DNA from: Paraphysomonas bandaiensis
Taxonomy: Eukaryota > Protista > Chrysophyceae
Assembly (NCBI GenBank): GCA_965644295.1
Contig: CBFFRP010000500.1
Coordinates: forward strand, 1 to 13,876
Reading direction: 5' to 3'
DNA length: 13,876 nucleotides
Each line of letters starts with the position of its first letter. The first letter of the stretch is position 1. The translations under genes were made by a program, and so were the position numbers. This document shows positions 7,734 through 13,876 of this stretch, in pieces. Under the pieces are notes generated by a model. It saw only the letters and a list, made by a program, of their open reading frames with translations. It searched no databases and was not told where the DNA came from.

Positions 7734-8230
7734 TGCTCTGTGTCATAGGCTTAAACCCAAATGATACGCAGGCCTTTGCCTATAGACAACAAAAAGTGCT
7801 CTGTGTCATAGGCTAAAACCCAAATGATACGCAGGCAATTGTCTATAGACAGAATAAAAGAATGCTCTGTGTCATAGGCTTAAACCCAAATGATACGCAG
7901 GCCTTTGCCTATAGACAACAAAAAGTGCTCTGTGTCATAGGCTAAAACCCAAATGATACGCAGGCAATTGTCTATAGACAGAATAAAAGAATGCTCTGTG
8001 TCATAGGCTTAAACCCAAATGATACGCAGGCCTTTGCCTATAGACAACAAAAAGTGCTCTGTGTCATAGGCTTAAACCCAAATGATACGCAGGCAATTGT
8101 CTATAGACAGAATAAAAGAATGCTCTGTGTCATAGGCTTAAACCCAAATGATACGCAGGCCTTTGCCTATAGACAACAAAAAGTGCTCTGTGTCATAGGC
8201 TAAAACCCAAATGATACGCAGGCAATTGTC
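7734..8230. repeat. Tandem array of 8 units alternating 63 and 66 bp (129-bp higher-order dimer)
   Basis: Units start at 7734, 7797, 7863, 7926, 7992, 8055, 8121 and 8184 (last one truncated). The 40-bp core TGCTCTGTGTCATAGGCTWAAACCCAAATGATACGCAGGC is followed by one of two alternating tails. Confidence 0.97.
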
Positions 8231-8299
8231 CGAAGACAATATGATATCGATCATAATTGTTGATTTATAATCTGAAAACAATATATTAGTCATCGTATA

Positions 8300-8760
8300 T
8301 CAAAATACAAACCAGATCATCCTTCCCTGTTTTCTCTTTTATCCTCCGCAGGACCTTCTTATGATTTCCACTAAAAAAAACTCCTCCATAATAATCAACA
8401 ACGCATTTTATCTGCAAATATTAGAGTAGGTTCCAACTGCACACAAGTAGGCCTAGCCCGCAAGCAATTTTCGAAACCAAATATCTCTCAGTATTGGACT
8501 TTAACTCACACAAATGATCACCATGTAGTCGACCTTCTGAACTGCCATATATAACCAGCTCTGATCCTTGTTCGTGCCTAAGGACCAAGTTCTCCTTCAT
8601 AATATCACCAACTCATACTGAAATAAACTATCGACCAATGCATTGAACTCTTTCGACATTATATCCTTCGCAGTAATGATGGATTTGTTTGAAAATAACA
8701 CTCTCGAAAGAGTATACAGTAGTATCACACTCCTCCCAACAATGTCAACATTATAAACTC
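8300..8760 (-). pseudogene. Degenerate, internally deleted copia RT and RNase H
   Basis: The minus strand gives VLFSN...EFNALVDSLFQYE...LGTN...Q..Y (weak RT-like match), then DIWFRKLLA, VQLEPTLIFAD and FSGNHKKV...RI (Ty1-type RNase H motifs WxRxLL, PTxIxxDN). Stops and frameshifts are present. Confidence 0.7.
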
Positions 8761-9058
8761 ACATGGAGAATGCAGATGCAATTATTTGTCATCCATTCAA
8801 CTGCTGCCGATAACCATCATCATATATATTGAATGTCTTTTTATTTAGCAATAGGCGTTAAAAACCCGTTCCGATATAGCGGCTAGTTGAATACTAGTCT
8901 ACTAGTTAGACCTCTACCCATAACTAATCAGCACAAATTCTATTATCCTACTATTTAACGCTACAGAAGCTGCTTGTGCGTCGCCGCAAGCACCAAGGTG
9001 CAACCACTTCCGTTCTTGATGTTGTGTGTGAGTTCGCCCTGCTCGTGTGTCTGAGGAC

Positions 9059-10684
9059 TCACTGGCGCGTGTTGTCCGGGGGTCTCCCCTTGGGATACGG
9101 TTCCGCCTGACTCTGAGGTACCGGGTTCTGTATTAAGGTCCTGAGTGTACCGAGCACTAGATGTGTGGACTGAGAGGTTGATGGTGTGGTGGAATGTGGC
9201 GGTGTCGCCATGCACCGTTTGGGCGTTGGGCATAGGTGGAGTTGCCGGAGACGTCGTCGCCTTTGTCTAGGGCCTGTTGGTTTCATACGGTCCGTTGCTA
9301 TGGTCCTCTGTGTATGGTTGGTAGGGTTCAGAGGTGCGGTGGGCGGTGTTCCAGTCTCGGTTCGTCTGTGGATTCCTAGTAATCTTAGCACCCTTGGGCG
9401 TTTCCGTTTCTGTCTGTGTTTTGGACTCGGCCGCGGTAGTAGCCTTGGGGGGCCTTTCCGTAGGGTCACGTATCTTCTTCCGCGATCTTGGATCATGAGC
9501 TTTGCTGCAGCGAACAGCGGTAGCAGTAATTTGATGATCGCTGATTCGATGCTGCGCAGTCCTTGGGATGTCAGTGACTCATGGATGTGATCTCCAAAAA
9601 CCATTTCAAGCTGTGTCATTGTGATGGTACCCGTCCAGAATCTCTCCACCTGTGGCACGGAAGGGTTCCAGGCCCTGCTGGAGAGTCGCTGGAGTACAGT
9701 GGTGGTCCATTGGGGTAATTCCGGATTCCTCATTTCTTCTAGGAGCGCGTTTTTGTGGCTGTGAAATGCAGACTCCCTTATCTGCGTTATGGTGTCGTTT
9801 GTGCAGTCTAGACACATATGCTTGAGTGAGTCTAGTCTAAATCCGCAGTCAGAGCATACGGCTTTAGCCATGTCGAGTCCGTGTTTGGTTTTCGCCCGGT
9901 TTCTTCCTATGCTGAAGGATTTGTCCCATGTCAGTGCTGCATTGAGTACTCTTTGGCGCAGGTGGGAGCTCACTTTGTCCTTTGATGGTCCACCATCTGC
10001 TTGCGCCAGTTTGCGCGGAAGTAGTGCTCCGCTGTCTTTCCAGTATCCAGGAGCCCGGTCGGGATTGTGACCGTAGCGTTGGTCTCGGAGAGCTGTGTAT
10101 GCCTCCAGCGTCCGTTGATTACGGAGGGATTGGAAATCCGTGAGCAGGGGGCTAGTGCGATACGGCCGTCGTTCCCCAGTTAGGCGCCAGTGCCATAAAC
10201 CCTCGGTGAGTATTCTCTCGATGGCTTGGTCCACTTCCATGTTACAGACAGTGTAATTTTGTCGTCCGAGTAGTCGATCTACCTCAAGCCAGTCCCCTCC
10301 TGCTACTGCGTCGGCAATGTAAATTCCTTTGTCTTCATATGTCCATTCAGACTCATCAGAGGTGCGTCGTTCGGGGTGTGATCGGACCCAGGCTACTGTC
10401 CTTGTGCAATCGTTATTTGCTGCAATGCTTTCGAGCAGTACACCTTTGGCACGATGCCCCAGTGCCCGACGTCTGGCGGAGAGTGCTTCGTGTGTGCGTA
10501 TGCAGACGGCCTTACAGTCCGTATTTATCGGTATGTGTGATGGGAGTCGCGCAGACAGTATAAGCGCCATTGCTGCTCCCATGAGCTCGTATGCATACGG
10601 GCCAAGTCCAGGCACGTCGCTGAAGGGTGTCTCTAATCGCAGTATTTTTGTTGTACCGTTCTTCCATTCATCCTCCGGGGGGAG
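9059..10684 (-). pseudogene. LINE ORF2 part 3: rest of RNase H, CCHC zinc finger and basic tail
   Basis: Same frame as part 2 past the TGA (LPPEDEW...). Motifs AYELMG, NTDCKA, WVRSHPE and GIYIADAVA. CSDCGFRLDSLKHMCLDC fits CX2CX8HX4C. Confidence 0.88.
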
Positions 10685-12335
10685 TCAGACTGCCGCCGCT
10701 CCTCCATAATGTGCCCATCTTGTACGTGGGTGTACATGCGTAATGCGGCGCGGGGATAGGGCTGTAGGCGTGTATGAGCCGTCGGTGAAGATTGCCTGAT
10801 ATGTATCCGCGGTTACATCATCCAGTTCTAATGTGCGGATAATGTTGGTCAGGGTGTTGGTATCTTGAGGTTCCGGAATGTCGGGTTGTTGGAGTGTAAG
10901 GCCAACCTCCGTACCCCATTCCCGCAGACTTAAGGCAAAGTGGTGGTAGTTTGGGTACGGCGCGATAGTCTGTGTTAGGAGAAAGTGCGCTGCGTCACCG
11001 GCATCACCGCCTAGGATTATGGCGCGCTGTAGGGAGCCCCATTTTTGTTCTTGTGCGGAGTCTGAGAAGCGTTTCATTCCAAGTCCATTATGCCTGAGAG
11101 AGAGGTAGATCATTTCCGTGGGGTAACCAGGACTCAGGCTTAGTGCTTTCCTGTAAAGGTTTGCGCAAGTTGAATCGATGTTCTTGTAATATTGCAGGGG
11201 CCAAGAAGCCTTGGTGGCCTTGTAAAGTAGAGTGGGGATGATTTGGGTCTCTATAACCATGACTTTGCAACCCGCTGAGGCGTGCCTGATCCCAAGGTGT
11301 GTGCCCGCTGCCTTTAGGTAGTTTGTACACCAATTGTATGAGTCCGTGTCTGTAAGTGTTAGTGGTAGATCAGCCCCCAAATAGTGTATCGATTCATGAG
11401 TCGTTTGTATTGGTACAGGTTGGGGTCTCCAATACCAGTCATATAAGGTAATGTGTCCGGTTTGTTTGACCTGGGCTAGATTTTCCCGTAGGTGAGGGAA
11501 AAAAGTGCAGATAACCTTAGGTACCGAGAGTTCCATTCCCGAGAAGCTGCAGAACGCCGACATTCGTATCGCCGTTTCCTGGGCTTGAGTGATAGACACA
11601 TCTATGGTGGTGATGTCATCCGCGAAGGAGACTTTTTTCTTTGAGTTCGGGGTCAGTAGGAGTGGTGATGGTGTAAGACAGATTGCTCTAAGATCTAGGT
11701 CTAACCATGTAAGAAGGATATCGTGTAGCGCCACCCAGGCACAAGTGGATTCGGTTCCCCCCTGTGTGATTCCTCTCACGGCCTCAAATCCGAGTACGAA
11801 CTGTGCAAGGAAGTGTCCGTCGGTAGCTAGAAGTTCTGCCAACGAGCGTGGCTCCATGTTGTTCGCCATGAACGGCGTCCATGGGAATGTGAGACCCCCA
11901 GCGTCTAATTCTCCAAACCATTCAACCACAGCATCGGGGACACCTAGCCGAGCCCATGCTAGTTTCATTAGATTAGGTGTTATGGAGTCGAATGCTTTTT
12001 TGAAGTCCCAGAGCGTGCAGATGTGTTGGGCATTGTGATGTCTGGCTGCCTCTGAGGCCGCTAGAACCCTTAAGATGGCCGTGTCTGTGCCATTTCTCCA
12101 GCGATATCCATGTTGGGACGGGTGTAGGATCTGCTGTTCCTCCCAGACTGTGAGTATCCTGTGGGAGATTATTCTTGTCAGAATTTTCCGTGATATTTCG
12201 AGCAGACCGATCGGTCGAAGGTTGGAAAAAGAGGGTTCTCCTGGTTTCTTGAGTATGGGGGTCATTACTCTGTCTCTCCACCAAGTAGGCACGTGTTTGT
12301 GCTTCCAGAGCGACTTGATAAGGGTGAATGCTTTT
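10685..12335 (-). pseudogene. LINE ORF2 part 2: reverse transcriptase and start of RNase H
   Basis: PILKK, NLRPIGLL, QHGYR, DFKKAFDSI, GITQGGTES, FADD, YLG, GLG and IFTDGS. It ends at a single in-frame TGA (10685-10687). Confidence 0.93.
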
Positions 12336-13875
12336 CCTGTTGTATGGCTGGAGGCCAGGATTTGACCATGTTGGATGAGACCATGGAGGGTCCGGGAGCC
12401 CGGTTGAAGGATATGGAATGTAGGGTGGAGTAGAATTCTTCGTGCGTGATGTCCTTCTCTAAAGCCTTTCCGAGTAGGTCCGCCATTTCTGGTTTAACTT
12501 TAGTGCATAGTGCACGTCGTAGTCCGTGTTGTAGGGTAAGGGGTATGTTCGAGCACGGATGGAGGGGCTCCTGGGAAGTCACCGATTGAGGGTCAAGGAG
12601 GGTTTTCCACCAGTTGGGGTCGTCCTGTAGTCTTTGTGCGACTGGGTCCAGTCCTGCAGGTTCCGCGTGGTGGTCTCGAAAGTGTTTGTTGATTCCTTCG
12701 TGGATGTCTTGCGGGGTAGTGAGAAGTGTCCCTTCAGTAGTTCTCACTGTCGTTAGTCGAAGTGGCGTTTTGATTTTAAGTCCTATCTTCTGCAGTACTG
12801 CTTGTAGTCTTCTCTGTTCTAGTAGTGCTTCCATATGGTTTGTACGGTCTGTGAGCCTCTTGCGCATCTCCGTCCTGTCTCGTCCGTGCAAGAGTCCTCG
12901 CATTCGAATCACAATGTGTAGAAGGTTCTTCTTGGTGACTTGTTTGGCAGTCCAGCTCAGAATGGCTCTGGGGTCTGCTGATCGGTAATCATTCCTGAAG
13001 TTGATGTCGGCTATTCCTTTCGCAGGTCCCGTGGAGTTTTGGAGGTACGAGTTCCCGCGCTCCTGCCAGGCGGTGATGAGCGCGTGGATCGGATTGCGTA
13101 ATGGGGATCCACGCCATCCGTGTCTTTTATATCCAGCTGAGTTAAACATTTTCTGAACTATCTTTATTACCATAACCATCCCTTCTTGAATTACCCTCAT
13201 TTCCGGGGAGAAACCATCTTTAAAATGTGAACGAATTCGCTGACACCGGTCATGGAGCCTCGTGCGACGGCTGTAGCGGGGACCCTTTGCTGTAAGCGTT
13301 GCCTGCAAGGTGATGTGATGTATCGCCGCTAGTCGGGTGGCTGCAGTCTCTGGGTCTAGTGTTGGGCTGAGGTTCTTGTCTATAGGGGGCAGTTGGGCGT
13401 GTAGCATGAGAAGTTTGGCAGTGTACGCTTTTACCTCCTCAGGATCCCTTGGGTTGATGTTTAGGCGAGGAGGTATTTTTAAGTGTGACTCTGGGGAAGA
13501 GATATCTTGTGTTACAGTAATGTTGAATCCAACCCAAACCGGCCTATGGTCAAACGCTGCTGCAATTAAGGTGGGGGAATTGAGGCATCCGGTGTCAGTG
13601 ATTTGCATATGCTGTGGAAGTGGCGTATGTAGTATGTGATCGATACGCGAGATTCCCTTGTCCAATCTGTGGAATGTGTGAAAAGCTTGCCGTTGGAGTA
13701 ATTGTGTGATTAGTGGCGCCGACAGCTGGAGTTTACCGGCTAGTGGGCGTATATCTCTATTCGTGGTGTGCGTTTCCATGGATCCGTTAAAGTCGCCTGC
13801 GATGATTACCGTGTGACCTCTGGCCCGGGCCTTGGTAACCCATTTAGTGATGATGTTGCAGAGGAGATCATATGG
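12333..13875 (-). pseudogene. LINE ORF2 part 1: C-terminal APE endonuclease, linker and start of RT
   Basis: The frame is open to the window edge: VIIAGDFN, HTF...SRIDHIL, FDHRPV, then RAPGPS (RT domain 0). It ends at a frameshift near 12332-12336. Confidence 0.9.
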
Positions 13876-13876
13876 G

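Larger units (their letters stand above)
7230..8837 (-). mobile_element. 3' portion of a decayed copia element (RT/RH remnant, tandem array, PPT, LTR) interrupted by a LINE
   Basis: All parts are co-oriented and in canonical copia order. Confidence 0.65.
8838..13876 (-). mobile_element. Non-LTR retrotransposon (LINE) with APE, RT, RNase H and CCHC domains; 5' part outside the window
   Basis: GC-richer block with three consecutive ORF pieces in LINE ORF2 domain order. The short 3' UTR ends CTAAATAAAAA at ~8838. Confidence 0.93.

Noticed and set aside
7991-8203. 70-aa repetitive ORF
   Set aside because: It results from unit lengths divisible by 3 and one variant that removes a TAA. Other units carry stops.
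7734-8230. CRISPR array
   Set aside because: The inter-core segments are two alternating, mutually similar sequences rather than unique spacers. There are no cas genes and the context is eukaryotic retroelement DNA.
7734-8230. Twister or hammerhead ribozyme array (minus strand GGGTTTAAGCCT...CAGAG looks twister-like)
   Set aside because: It lacks the UAA cleavage-site motif and the correctly placed GC before the stem. No CUGANGA/GAAA hammerhead core is present.
10685-10687. Alternative genetic code (TGA = Trp)
   Set aside because: Only one in-frame TGA against many TGG codons in the same ORF. A point mutation is the simpler explanation.
9186-13639. Several plus-strand and alternate-frame ORFs within the LINE
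   Set aside because: Shadow ORFs of a GC-richer coding strand, with no motifs.

Overview
This looks like eukaryotic (probably protist) repeat-rich DNA made of nested mobile elements, with no recognisable host gene. From left to right: (1) a heavily degenerate Ty1/copia-like RT/RNase H 3' end (1-~1061, + strand, low confidence). (2) It abuts and truncates a very AT-rich, intronless, virus-like block (~1062-4780, genes on the - strand). The block encodes an unusually short B-family DNA polymerase fragment, a 107-aa orphan and a D5-like superfamily-3 helicase with no primase domain, followed by a modular repeat and hairpin region. It best fits an endogenous Polinton-like virus or Mavirus-like virophage. 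(3) A + strand copia element: LTR-like region, tRNA-iMet-type PBS, gag with a CCHC knuckle, and a DSG protease. (4) A second copia element inserted in the opposite orientation: 3' LTR 7230-7605 with TGTTGT...ACAACA termini, a PPT, an alternating 63/66-bp structured tandem array and a decayed RT/RNase H. (5) A near-intact APE-RT-RNase H-CCHC LINE on the - strand (8838 to past the window end). All calls come from manual motif reading; no database searches were run.
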